Part shown: positions 1 through 14,520 of the stretch, piece after piece
Position numbering within the stretch: position 1 is the stretch's first letter
Layout of the letters: every line of letters starts with the position of its first letter
Assembly: GCA_903813345.2 (NCBI GenBank)
Contig: CAIIXF020000001.1
Coordinates: forward strand, 558,001 to 622,000
Direction of reading: 5' to 3'
Length of the DNA: 64,000 nucleotides
DNA from: Owenia fusiformis
Taxonomy: Eukaryota
Notes under the pieces: model-generated
What the model was told of the DNA's origin: nothing
Database searches by the model: none
Seen by the model: the letters and a program-made list of their open reading frames with translations, nothing else
Position numbers and translations under genes: made by a program

Positions 1-3000
1 TGCAAAGATCACATTTCTCTTCTTAGTTATTTACTTACATGCTTATTGTTTTAATACCCCGATAAATTAGGATTTATTATTGTTTATCATTGGAGATTTT
101 TGAGGCAATTGTAGCATTGGAATGAACCCATTGAATTGCTCGCCATATTCTGACAGCCCTTTAGGCCATATATGCAAAAGTGTTAAAGGGTTCAGTGTTA
201 AGAGTTTATATTCATTTTTCGGAATAATATGATTTGCAAGACGAGGCAAGTATTTGCCAATAATCAAGAATAGGAATTGTATCAATTAATAGCGATCTCA
301 TCGTTGTAACGAGTATCAATGTCTATGCACTTGGATTGTTTTGATGAATTGCCTTAGGTCAGAATGGCATTAAATTCTTGAGTAATGTTGCAGAGTAAGA
401 GCCGGGGCATACTATGGTTTTAAAGATTAATTAATTGTACATGTCTTTACTTAAATTACATTTGAATATATATATATTAGTACCCTGAAGTGTTTTCAGC
501 CATTCTTACCACTGTTTTATGCACAGGAAAAGGTGGATGTCATGGTGGTATAGACAGTATTTAGTATTTACGCACTCTGAGAATAGAAAATTACATTTTA
601 TTCCTGACTATACGTTTTCAGTCGGTTGGCCCGAGAATAGAAAATGATAAAATAAAACCTATGCATAATTGTTAAAATCAAGTGACGTCGAACGCTAACT
701 TTGGATATGTGCAGAATGAAGTTATATCAGTATGTCATATACGTTAATTAATCCTCTAGGGAATAATCTGGAACAATATTCAAAATTGCAATTTTCCACT
801 GTCGTAATGTAATTTGTGTCCTCGGTGTGTTGTTTAGAGGGCTATCAATCGCAAGAGGGCGAAATGACACAAATTTTTATTCACCATACACACCATGTTT
901 GATTCTTAATTAAGACGACTCCGATAACATTGTATGTTTAATCAACGGAAGTTGTCTTGGTGATAGCAAAAGTGTCAGTCGGTGTTTTTTGTATTTTTCA
1001 CGTGACACGGAAAATGAAAAATGCATTTTTGATGAGACTGCACTGTTGTAAATGCAACTGCAAAATTTAGACGAGTGCAGGCGACTAAGACATGAATGTT
1101 TCTTTATGGACCACTTATTTAATAATAAATTGTTTCATTATACACAGAGGTGAGGAAATAGCGAACTCCTAGATGATTCTAATCCATCGATCTATCCGTA
1201 CTCCCTTGGCTGGCTTTTGTAATTCCCTTAGTTGTTCGTCGTCAGTCGTCATCAATCGGCATTAGTCTGCATCAATTCATATTTTGACAGTTGTTTTGTT
1301 TTGAGTCTTGAGAGGGCCGTTGAGAATTATTGTCCTTGGGATATAGTCTAATAGTCCATTATCGTGACTTTTCGTGACTTCTTAACTACCTGTACATTGT
1401 CTATGCTGGATTCAATTTAATTTTATTATTGCCCATTTCGCATGGTCATGGAAAGATTTACATCTGCCACAATTGCTGATGTTTGTTCGTATAGCCATGA
1501 AGTATTATAAATATTTAGAACGAGGTAAGGTCAAGGAATCAGGCAATACATCATCGATAATGTATCATTTTTAAGTGAATGAAGTTGCATCACAGATACG
1601 CGTTACCACACCGATGAGTGTCCGATTCACGTCGAGCCAATTTGGTAAAAATGCATATAACGTGCATAAGTACAATATGAACAGAGATGTACATATGTAG
1701 CATAAATGCATTGTACTCGTATATAAAATATGAATATAGTGCCAAAATATACTTCTCCAAAAAGGACCGTGATTTTCCTCATAGGTTTACATGTTAACCC
1801 CCATATTTGTTTGAACGACTATTTTCTAGGCTTGAAACAAAAGAAAATCTGATAAAGTGAATAAATCAATATCTTTTCCTTTATCCTTTTTTGAGGAGTA
1901 TATATTATACGAAGAATTCAATCCCAGATGTTTCAGAAAATGAAAGTATATTATTTTCACTGGCAATTTCCAGTTTACATTAAGGTAAGAAACTGTGGTA
2001 AAGCCCATTGCCTAATTTCTGCCAGGTGTAGAAAATTAAATGTCGGAAATATTATCTCTAATTGTTTCCTTCTTGTTTTATATGTATATTTTGTTCAATG
2101 TATTGTATTGTATTTCCTCCTTATAAAAGAAGAGTACAAGAATAAGAATAGTATAAAAGTAATGTTTACATAAAAAAATAACATATGAAATTAGAACAAT
2201 TCAAAGAACGTTTACATAAACGAGAACATATAATATTTAAAACGCATCAATTCATAAAACGTATAAACCATTTTACAAGAGGTATACAGTTCAAGAGCTG
2301 GTTAACATAGTTAAGGTGTAAATGATTTCTGGTATTTTATTTGCATAATGTGATATAAAACATTCCCATGTTTCTGGTTTACAGTCTTGGACAACATCAG
2401 TGGTCCCTCCAAGTAATGTTTCTATCAAAATATTGAACCTTTTTGAACAAGAAAAAATAACAAAAACACTAATCTAATCTGGCTTGCGGAAAAGGATTCC
2501 CGAAAGAGATTATTTCGATGAGACCATATAATTATGTTACATGGACTGATTGTGTTCTTGTCAACTTGAATTAGCATGCTTCACTCTTTATGACCTTGAA
2601 ATAATAGTCACTTTAGGATCATACCTGACTCAATAAATATTGATTTGCGAACCATTGTGTCAGCCGTCAACACATTTGTATAATTTTTGTGATAATCACT
2701 AAATCAAGTAATGTTTAACTTGGTAACAAACAATTCTAGGTCATATATCCGAGGTGAAATTACTCCAATAGGTATCATAGAGTAATTGTTTAATATATTT
2801 GAAATAACAGTTGTCGTCGGAACTTCACAATGTGTGACTGTAACACTACCTTATTAACTATAAAAAGCCAAACCCAATAGTTTAATTTAGTTTGGTTCAA
2901 TATATTTAATTAATCGACCATCGCATGAGGAACATACCTATTAAGATTTGCATGTTGAACTCTGGCCATCCTTGGGCCAGGAGTAATTCATATTACATGA

Positions 3001-6000
3001 GCTGCAATGGAAACAGTGGAGGACCGAGCTTGAAGGATGAGCTCCTCCACTCTCGTGACAACTTTAAAGCTTCGAAATTCTCATGCAAATGTTATTATAA
3101 AAGTTGGAATCTGGGACAATTAAAACATCATAAACCAGCACTCTGAATATAGTGTATTTTTAAATATCGCAGCGTATTCGCATTCGGCGAGACTGACTTT
3201 AGAAATACAAAATGGTTAACACATGTGTTTATAAAGCAGGTTGGATTGTTTTACAGAAACTTGTGCTATATTTGTCGTGGAGTCAACAAATGTAAAACAA
3301 CCTTGTTTCCCTTCGTGGGCCGGTAGGTGTCTCAAAGAATACTATTGCCCTAAGCCATCATTGTATCGTGCATGTCTTGTAACATGGTTTAGATTTATAA
3401 ACATCCAATAAGCTTTGTTTTGTGAGGATGCAGCTGGGGAAATGTTTAATGAATCTCAATTCAATTACTTAATATCTTAATGTAACTCAATTGGGATCAT
3501 GTGGAAGCGCATGCTTTACTTCCAAGATTAGATGTTTGGTTAAAGAAATAGCGCAGAGGATCAGACAGAGCTCGTAGTCAAACTGCCGGTCATTCCAACA
3601 TTAAATATATAACTTTTATAATCAACCACAGCATTGATCTATGAAGACACTTCGAAAATAGTAACTTTGACTTACTGGGCTTATGCCGCGAACAAGCAAT
3701 TGGATGTTAGACTTGGTGTAATAACTCCCTAAGATGTTGCTACAAGATTATCGATTTCAGGATTAAGAACTCTAATTCTGACTTATCAGTTATACCATTA
3801 AAACTGAAAATATGATAATAGCTGCCTACTTGTATAATATTACTGTATATTACCACGGGTGATTTAATGGTGCGTGTTGAGTTGTCTTGCTAATCCATAT
3901 GGAGTTGAATAACTTTTAAAAGATATGCGACAATATGACCAGTCCCAGTAGAAATATGCAATTTTGGATAAAGGTTGCAATGGAAAGAGCAAATAAAACA
4001 TCATAATGAAGTCATAAACCGCCATTAACAGATGTGTAAAATTTGTCTGAAAATGTCTAAAATGTAAAGACAAGCAACCGAAAACTTCGCCGAAGGGGGA
4101 GCTCTGACATAATGCGTAATTATAAAAGCGTAACCTGTAAATAATGTAAATCCCATATACCCCCAAAGTGTGATTCATCACACAATAAAAGGATACATTT
4201 GTACACCCTTTCTCGAGATTTCAGGAACCATACAAACTCTTTAAGACGGCAACGTTGAAGACAAATTATTGTCGAAATCACTTTAAGAAGGAGGTATAAA
4301 GTGTGACTGCGTATATTTAAGGTGGTCTACATTATAATTAGGGCTTGTAACTAAATAGCTAGTAGCCTTTTTCTGAAGGTAATGATTGTAACAGGGAGAA
4401 AGAAAATATGCAATTTTGGCCTAGAATTAAAGATTGCTGGATGAGTTCTGATAGCCACCTTGTGAAAGTGATTTCGGGAAAAATTTAAATCGATTACGAA
4501 GCTTAGGTCCTTACATGGTCAATGAACAATCAACAATACAAATCAAGCACCAGGGACGATAAAACACACAAAGATGCAAAAGTATATTTGAACTTAGATT
4601 TGTTCATCGTTAAACCAATATGGTCAGGGACAGAAATTGAATTTAGATAGGAAAATATGAAGATTTGTTTGCACTGCCAGTCCTCGTGACACAAGAGCTA
4701 ATTCTATAATTATTTTATGTATGACTCGTGTATGTATATACTGTTACCAAACATTGCTTTCAAACGTCGTGGAACAAGAAGAACAAATGAATTAATCTGT
4801 TATTTATTACCTGCGGGTGTTCTGTCGAACCAGAGCCTAGTAAAAGTATAATTATTTTGGATTAACGAAATGAACAGATTACATAAAGCTATCAAACAGT
4901 CCAACGCTATCGTCATTCGTGATTTTTTATTATAGGCGGCGTGTCTAATGATTTCATGATTTTGCGAAAAATATTCATGTAGTTCACAAATTCGCGTGAA
5001 TATGCGTATCGAGAAATCATTGAGTAACAAATCTAAACCAAAATGATCTACAGTGTATCAGTATTCTTAAAAGAATTGTGGTAATCAAAATCAAATGATG
5101 CTTCTGGGTTATCAATAAAAGTTTTTCATAACATGATTTTGTTAACTCAAAAATTCAGAGATATAGCTTAGTTTCCAATGATTTAAATGATCATTTCCAA
5201 TGACGCTGTTTTCCCGGGGCTGTTTTAATTTCTAGGACTTGGTGGTTGATGGGGGTCTTAATACCAGTGGGCATCTCCTCTCCCTTTTCTTGCGATTTTT
5301 GCCACAGAATGAATTTTGTTCGTTTATTTTCTTCAGTGCCATGTAAATAAAAAGTATCAAAAATAGTTGACTTAAGCCAAACCCACTTTTGCTACGATGA
5401 CGACCGTTCGGTTTATCATATTCGTACGGTCAGTAGGATTTCAACGGTGGCCTCAGAATTGTAACCAATCAAAGAGCAGTCGCAAGTCGACCCGCACCCC
5501 CGACCCACGGTCACAAAAGGATCTTTGTACAGGTTTGGCTACGGTGACCGCAGGTATGAAAAAAGTCAGAGTTTTAATTTCTACGGCGACTCTAAGGCCT
5601 GTAAAAAGTCGATACGCCGTTTGCATAGAGAGTCAAGAGATCGCATTTTTATGTCTTTAGTACCATAAGTGGTGACATATTGTTAATTATAGTAATTATA
5701 ATAATTCCACTTTTTTGTGTTCGGCGTTCGGCCGAAATTGTAATCAATTCTTAGAATTCCCAATAACTTAACTGAAGCTTTACATCAGTATTGATGAAAC
5801 TATCCGTTTCTATGTAATAGTTCATATCTTTTAGAAATTACTAATCTAATGTTTCTGGTTATATTTCATAGGAATAAATTCAAATAAAGACAAAAGTTGG
5901 TTTTCTATTTGAGGCAAACATTGAAGGTTTGTACCATTGTAACCATTATGGTTGAGTTATTTATCTTATCAATTTCTAGGTTAATATTAATTTGCCATCA

Positions 6001-6707
6001 GGGAGTCTTTTTAGAAGTAAAACACTTAATTAGCTTAATTAGCTAGTATAGCCTAAATAGCTTAATTGGATATCATCATAATAATATTAAATTCAAACCT
6101 AATCTAGTCAATTAATATCACATAAAATCCTAATTAGCTTAATTAAGTGCATACTCACGTTCTCTGGAAAAATTAAGTGCGCACTACATAATAAATACAT
6201 TCGGTTAAGTGTGTGATACAGAGAGGTGGGAGGGAAGTCAAAATAAAATTTGTCACTGTACCTTCCTGGACCTCCTTCTAGGTGGAAAGTTTAGAATAAA
6301 AGAAATTGCATGTGAAGTCACATGTATGTGACCATGTGACCAAAAACCAAATGATGGGATTGGTCATTTTCTAAAATCCCCAATTATATAGACAGGAAAA
6401 TTCCCTGAGGCAATTGAAACAATAAAGCACATTATATTGCATATAATGTTTATTTATCATTACCATTTTTATCACCTTTGTTTTGATTTTGATGATGTAC
6501 TTTTTACAAATTTTTTCAACATGGCGGAAATGGGTATTTTTACTTTAATAAATATAACTTGTTCAATAATTGTATAGAGTATATTTTATGATGGATTGAT
6601 ATCTGAGGTTTAGTATATTTAACCCTGATAACATAGCATTTCACTTTTGACTTTATGGAATTTGGATTTGGATTCATGTTCAAGCCGATATTGTATACAT
6701 ATTAGTT

Positions 6708-7677
6708 TTTTTTTTAATACATTAGTTTTTTTTTTTTTTATAATATAAGGTTACATGATAATACATATTATAAGAAAGTATATAAGGGGGGTTTACAGGG
6801 GAGGGGAGAGACTATAATTACTTGATCTAAGTATAGTGGGTCAAATGTGAGAGTTTGGTTTTTCTATTTAGGTCTTCTTTTTACCCCCTTTCTGACTCTG
6901 TATGTATGTTTTGTAGTATTTGGTTTCCAGCTCAGAAAGGGGGGTTATACATAATTTTCTATCATTGAATTTATAAGATTCCATTTTCTGTCATGCAATT
7001 CTTCTTGTCCATGTGTTTTTGCAATATATTTGTCAGCCTTCTTTTCTCTTATTAAGTATCTTTGAAAAGCATTTATGGTAGGTGTTTTTTCTTCCAATTT
7101 ATTAATATACATGAATCTCTTTATGAGTAAGGTTGCTAGGTTTTGGCTGAGAGACAATCTTGGAGATCCTAACATAAAAGCTTGGTCATCAGGTATCTCT
7201 TCATTCAGGATTCTGTAGCATTGTTGTTTGAAATCTTCCATCACTTGGCATTTCAGGAAACCATGTTCTATATCGTCTATTTGGTTGCTATTGCACAGTA
7301 CGCATGTTTGGGTTTTTACTTTTTTCATTTTGAAAAGTATTTTTCTGAAGTATATTGCCCTATTTAGTATCCTATATTGAAAATATTTCATTTTCGTATC
7401 TTTTGTCAGTTTGTTTATTAGATTATATATTTTTTTCCATTCTATGTCTTTTTGAAAGTAGTCTCTCCATTTGGTTTGACCTGTAGGGGTCTTTTGCTTG
7501 AACTTTTTGCTGAGCTTTTGGTACGTTTTTTTATTGTCCCATGTTTTTAATCTCTCAATATTATCTTCGTCATCTTGTAAGTTGGTGTTTGCCATTAGGG
7601 TTTTCCACCTTGGTGGTATGCATCTTATAACAGTGTGGTAGTTGAGAAAGGTCTGGTTTTGTAAATTTACATACATT
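6708..7677 (-). mobile_element. 5'-truncated non-LTR retrotransposon (Tx1/L1-type ORF2 C-terminus, 3' UTR, poly(A))
   Basis: ORF 6945-7676 has IP..WK, FQYRILNR and a CxxC...H....C zf-RVT-like motif; poly(A) at 6706-6739 on the minus strand; 12-bp TSD TACATATTAGTT at 6696-6707 and 7678-7689. Confidence 0.88.
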
Positions 7678-8246
7678 TACATATTAGTTATTCGTAAAAT
7701 TATACCAATAACCTCACTGGCCAAATGACAGGGAGCGAATAGATAAATATCCTCTTCCTGGTATATCACGACGTGTTAATTATTTGAACGATAATGGCAA
7801 TTAAAATCATCCTGTGACGACTAACATCTAGTTTCTGTCATTGAAACTTGTGTCATTTGATATACCATTTGATATTCAAACACTTTCAATTAACTTGAAA
7901 ACAATACTCTTCTATGTCTTTTGTTATATAGATGAAAGACGATATTATAACCTTCAATTCATTACCACCAACATCGATCTTAAGTTTCATTTAAATAGCT
8001 ATATCCATAATCATACCGCAATTCAATTCCAGAAGGACGAGAAGGTACATTTGAACTAACTCGCGATGCAGAAATTCAGGTAATTGATTCTAATTTCATA
8101 ACTTTTCTTCTTTGCATCGATGGTTTGATTTTAGAATGCTTTTTGAGAAAACGTCTTACATATGATATGCTACGAGGGTAAAAAAACAGGTAGACTATGT
8201 GTCTTATCTAAAAATAGGCATAATGTCGTAATACTCATTTTGTATT

Positions 8247-8695
8247 GTCACATACACCTTTGCCATTCCCAGCGTCATTGGGAACCGTGTTGAAGCTAAA
8301 CGTCAGATTTACCTTTGCCATAATGATGCGCGGCGTCATTTGGCACCGTGTCGAAGCTAAAAGTCACATATGCCTTTGTCATGCACAGCGTCATAGGGAA
8401 CCGTGTTGAAGCTAAACGTCAGATTTACCTTTGCCATAATGATGCGCGGCGTCATTTGGTACCGTGTCGAAGCTTAAAGTCACATATGCCTTTGTCATGC
8501 ACAGCGTCATTTGGAACCGTGTTGGAGCTAAAGGTTACTAATAACTTTGTCATTCACAGCTTCATTGAAAACAGTGTTGAAGCTAAAAGTTACTAATACG
8601 TATACCCTTTCCATGCGTAGCGTCGTTTGGAACCGTGATAAAACTAAAGGTCACATATACCTTTGTCATTCGCAGCCTCATTGGGAACCATGTTA
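8247..8695. repeat. Minisatellite, ~56-60 bp unit, ~8 copies, with alternating dimer structure
   Basis: Recurring cctttg(c/t)cat...gcgtcatt(t/g)ggaaccgtgttgaagctaaa. Confidence 0.85.
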
Positions 8696-11600
8696 CAAAT
8701 CACAATAAGTGAAACATCTTTTCTTGTATTGGACATATAACATTTTTGTTTACTTGACAAATTCTAATTTGCATAAGTATTAGAAACATAAGGGTGATAT
8801 GAAAATTGAACTTCTAAAACAGATGTAATTTAAGTTAAAGGGAACTTTCTGCTATACCCGCCATGCTATCTGACCCGAACGAGCCACCTGGCGGTGAAAC
8901 TGGTAACTACACACTCGCATCTACTTTATTGAGAAGTGACGATGGAAACCAGCCAAAAAAGTTTATCTCCTGATGACCATTTTGAATGGTGTTTAAGACT
9001 TACACCGTCTAAATAGTGTATATTCCTCATTTTAAGACTTTGTTGAATGTATGGATGATTTAGAATATGATAAAGTGTTTTTAAAGCGACTAAGCAATCT
9101 AATCCTAATTATATTTTTCTCACAGATGTCATCTTCATCTCAAGACCTCATTGATTATCCGGCGAAATTCAATTTTATTACCCGGTTAAACACATGCGGA
9201 TAAATTGGATAGTATTACATATAAATATGTTACCTGGTCTTAATTATTCCAGAAATATTTGCGATGGATGGGAAACAGCACGAACTTAAATATTTAGACA
9301 TTTGAACCTATTAGTGAACTATATAATAAATTATAATTAACAATACCTTTGGGGATACTTTTACTATATTAACCTTGACTGACTGAGTTGAGTAAGCAAT
9401 TCGATGTTTGACTTGGAGTTAACATTCTCTAAGATATTGCTTGGAATTTTAAAGTTAAGAGCTATACTTCTGACGTAGGTCTGATTTTTGGTCAGGATTT
9501 AAATGATAGATGACGACGTATCAATTATAATTGATATCACTAGACTGATAAGTATAAAGAGCATTCGAATTAACGTGTGCAAGTCTACATTACACTAGCT
9601 TAATAATGTTTTCTAGGTGCACTACGATATTACTCAGAAGAGACGTGCCAATTTGGGAAAAGACATTTGCAACAGAAAACGCACCAAATGCAATAAAACG
9701 TTTATTAGTGCATTATACGATTGCATACGCTTTTCGGACGTTGTTCGGTTTGCAGGTTTTAAGATATGTTAGTCCAAATTCGTTTAAAACATACTTTTGA
9801 TCCATAAAATCAAATCGAATGATTGAAAAGGAATTGTATCCTTGTACTGTATTTACCGAACGCTCACGATCTCCAGTAATATCGTCATCGTGGTTTTGTA
9901 TAAGCATTTTCTCAGCCAAATCGATCATATTTTCCAATTTACTTTGGTCAAGCATTCCAAAATAGGCACTTTGACAATTGCATGTCAAATTAAATGTTTA
10001 GAGACCATATCAGTGCTGTTATAGTCAATTACAAATCAGCAATACAAGCCAATTTACTGTGATAATAAAAGACAAAGGAGATACGATTTCTAAAATGCCC
10101 TTTGAAGCTGAGCTTATATCAAGTGCTACGGTTAAATCAATGTCACTTTAAGAATTTATCATGGTCAGAAATGACAGAAAGTTTTGTATGAATAGGTCTA
10201 ACGAGAAGTGGAAATATGAATAGTTGTTCGTACTGTATTTGATCCAACATCAAAAAATTTTATGGATAACATTTTTATTATTTCCATGCCGTGATACTCG
10301 TTCTCTCAACGATCGTTTAATATCTGTATATTACTGGGGGATGCATTCACCTCGCCAAAGTTCCTAAACACGCAAAAAGTGATCGAGATGTTGGTTCAAA
10401 TCTCAAAGCGTTGATTATGTATTTAAAGTTAGTTATAATGTCAGAAAATAACGACATTCTGTGGATTTCATTTTTTCAAAATATGGGTTGGGTACCCTGG
10501 AGCCAATCCTTCTTGTCCATTTTTTCAAAAATTGAAATATATATGTAATTATGTATATGAGGCTATCCTGACAACCAGTACTGTGGATGAGATGGGACCG
10601 CAAATAATTTGCCCGGTTGACGTCACATATTCAGGGAAAACACTAAAAGTGTTTCGGAAACATTTCTGTTAAGTTTCACAAATATTGGTCCAGTCGGTTC
10701 TGTTTCTCTCTGTTTTCCACGATAATTTCACATTAGACGCCAAAATGGAATGACGTTCGATAACGGTTTGTCGTATAATCCGTCAAAAAGTAGTTACCAA
10801 AATGTGGAAAAGAAATTCTAGGTATACCCTCAATTAAGTGAAAGTACAAACTGTTCCAACTTTGCTGTCAACCCTAATAAACCATATTAATTGCTGACGC
10901 TTCCATTATTTTCATCTAGCATCGAAAATTCCACATATTCTGGCTTTTGCTGAATCTGATGAATACAACAAAACAATCGCATCAAGCGGCAATATTTACG
11001 AAAGCAATTCGACTTGCTTATAAAACAACGGCAAAAAGATGAAACTAGGCTCAGATTTTTTAAACAACTTGATGAAATAAAAACAAACATTAAATGAGTT
11101 TTCTTTAAACCCAAACATAATTGGTGGTTTTTGAATAGATTTAAAGAGGTTACTCCAGAATATGAAGAATCTATAGCAGACTATAACACAGCAATATTTG
11201 AACAAATATTTGAGATGCATACTAGTATGTTGAAATATGTTTGCCATCACACTTTCACTCTGGTTTTATGCACTATATAAGACACAAATCATAAATCTTT
11301 ACATAGTTCACTGCATTGGAGTATCATTATGTATCAATTCTAGTCATTGTTAAATTTGGAACACTATAAAATACACCTTTCTGTGAGTCAGAACTGGTAA
11401 AATTTTCATCGTGAATTAGACCAAGGGGAATTTTGGAAATACTAAGAGACGAGGAACCTAGAAATTAATTCAATGAAAGAAATTTTGTAAAATATTAAAC
11501 TTGAGATTTTGACATCGACCTTTGACACTCAAACTTTTGGCTTTTTAAGGCCTCTCAAGTTTAAAAGGTCAAAGAAGGTCAACCCAAAGTCGGATCTCAA

Positions 11601-13470
11601 TTTCGATTTCAGAATCCTTAGCAAATTTTCTATTGAGTTGATTCTAATCTCGACGGATTTGGAGAACCTATTTGTTGACTTAATTATTTTCGGGACGCTA
11701 AATCTCAAAAACCGGAAGGATAATCAAAAAACGCTTTCCATCTGAGATACACGATTACATAAGAATCAAGAGTTAATGAATACAGAGATAATTGACAAAA
11801 TGTAAACTTTACTTAGAATTTGAAATTTGATTTTTATCTAGGTCATGACCTAGATAAAACTTTAGACAAATTTCCGATTAGGGCAGTCACATACCCTAAC
11901 CGACTCCCCGATTTACCCAAAGTCTTCTAATTGCTGAGAAACGTGTTCACATAAGAATGAGAATATAGGCAAAAGCAATTGACTCCAGATGTTCAATCTG
12001 GAGTGTAATAAAACATAGCAAAAGCAATGATATATATCACAGACAAAGCATCGAACTTGTGCTTAAATTTCAACTTAATAACTGTATATAAATTTGACTT
12101 GAGATATTCGGTTGTTTTGAAAATGAGACTACCGTGAAGATGGATGGGACGAGCATAGGATTGAATATTGAAATAAATCTTTCAGACAGCTCAATTCAAA
12201 GATTACAAGGGTTTGGTCACGCATTGGGTTTTCGATCCAAACGTGATTCGTTAAACATTGCTTTACATGCAAGGACTTTTATATTACCCCCCGAAATAAT
12301 ATCTTAACATCTCACAAAAAACGAAGATACACAACCTCCTCTCTTGAATGTACTTTTGCTTTTCACTCGAGTTTGCTTGGGCTTTTTGTTGAAATATAAG
12401 CGCAAGTGCTCATGGGAAAATACCAAATATGATTACTGATCACTGCAAGAAAAGGAAAACACCTAAGAGTGTACCAGTTATAAGAAAGGAAAAGTTTTTA
12501 AAAAAATCAAAAGTTCTAAAAAAGTTCCTCGAGAAATACTAGACCCGGTTATTCTGGCATTATATCCAGCTCCTGATCATCAAGTATTTGTATATCATAT
12601 TTAAAGCTACATCAGCTGTTTGGTAGAAAGCTAATGCGTACTTTATTTTCATTTCCAAATGTAGTTTTTTTATTTATTGCATCGAGGTATGACATATGCG
12701 TCTGTTTTAGAGAGTGAGTCGTGCGTCTAGCGTTGTGTGAGGAGTTATGGTTGGCGGAGTATTACCCATTATACACCACTTTAGTTCTAATAACTCAAGT
12801 ATATAGCCCCCGTTGCAGCTAACATGTATATGAGGGGTATAAAACAGATTTTATGTTTCTCTCTTATCTTGTTAGATGTTTTATCGTAACGTATACCAGT
12901 CAGACAGGAGTGACATCTATGTACGGGAGACGTCGAATAGGTGACCTGTTCGACTTTTTCCCCCATAATTGTGGTAACTCAGCATAATACACTTCGGTTT
13001 TTTCCAGAACGAATGCCATAAGTCTACATAAGCAAATTATTTTGCGTGATAACAGATGATCATTTAGGGTAGCAATAACAAGCAAATTTCACGTTGAACT
13101 TTTATATTTTGTATTTTCTATTGTGTGTTATTCCTTAATTTCCTTATCGATCTTTGCATGGTGATTACATAGGATAGAAAACAGATGGATATAAATCACT
13201 ATAAAACTATTTTTGGGTTGAAATGTTGCCGATTCGTGCATATAGTATAACAATACCTGGCGAGCGTAGAAAAGCTACTGGCCGCAGAAATGATAGACCG
13301 CACGGCGGCCGTGGGAAATGTGACTGGGGTGTTAGTTAAAATCAATCTATAAGAACGGTGCACGCAGTAATTTGATTCAGGTACATTTGAATGTTGATTT
13401 ATTGTTCGTTAGGTTTGCCCAATAGAGAGTTCATCTGGGTTAGAGTTTGATGCGTATTGGTTCAACAATC

Positions 13471-14520
13471 TGGGTATACCATATTGGGGTATTCCACATT
13501 GGGGTATTTCACATTTGGCTATTCCACATTTGGCTACTCCACATTTAGAAATTATACATCGGGGTATTTCACATTGGGGTATTCCACCTTTAGGAATTCC
13601 ACATTGGGGCATTCAAAATTTGGGTATTCCACATTTGGGTATTCCACATTTAGGCATTCCTCATTGGAGCATTCCATATCGGGGCATTCCACATCGAGAC
13701 GTTCCACATTGAGGCATTCTTCACAGGGGTATTCCACATTTGGGCATTCCACACTGGGGCATTCAAATTGGGGTATTCCACATTTGGGCATTCAAAATGT
13801 GTTTTTTGGGCATCCCTCATTGAGTCATCGGGGTATCCCACACTGGGACATTGCTCATTGGGGTATTCCATATTTGGGTAGTCCACCATTGGGCATTCCC
13901 CATTTGGGGTATTTCACAATGGGGAATTCCACATTGGAGCATTCCACGTTTGGGTATTGCACATTGGGGTGTTCAACATTGGAGCATTCCACGTTTGGGT
14001 ATTGCACATTGGGGTGTTCAACATTTAGGTATTCAACATTGGAGCATTCTACGTTTGGGTATTCCACATTTGAGTATTGCACATTGGGGTGTTACACATT
14101 TGGATATTGCACATTGGAGCATCCCACATTTGGGTATTCCCGTTTGGGTGTTGCACGCTTGGGGTTTCCACGTTTGGGTATTTCACATTTGGGTATTGCA
14201 CATTTTGGTGTTCCACATTTGGGTATCCCACATTGGGATATTCCACAAAGTGGTATTCCAAATTTGGGTTTTCCACATTAGGGTATTCCACATTGGGTAT
14301 GCCATATTGGGATATTCCACATTTAGGTATTCCACATTAGGGTATTCCACATTGGGTGTGCCATATTGGGGTATTCCACATTTGAATGTGCCACATTTGG
14401 ATATTTCATGAAGTGATATTCCACATTTGGGTATTCCACAGTAGGGTATTTCACATTTTAGTTGTCCACGTCGGGCATGTCATACTGGGGATTCAACATC
14501 TGGGGACGCCACATTTGGGC
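13471..14520. repeat. Minisatellite, 15-bp unit TGGGTATTCCACATT, ~70 degenerate copies
   Basis: Direct reading; accounts for the repetitive GYSTF/GIPHW/VEYPN ORFs. Confidence 0.95.

Noticed and set aside
9606-11250. Short ORFs 9713-9988, 10887-11114 and 10996-11250 as exons of another gene
   Set aside because: No recognisable motif or coherent splice pattern.
11830-11860. 28-bp perfect palindrome TTTTATCTAGGTCATGACCTAGATAAAA
   Set aside because: Lies in degenerate TGACCT-rich repeat-like sequence; no further support for function.
13409-14411. Overlapping repetitive ORFs (GYSTF, GIPHW, VEYPN repeats, up to 274 aa)
   Set aside because: Open in several frames on both strands because the 15-bp unit lacks stops; no splice or domain evidence.
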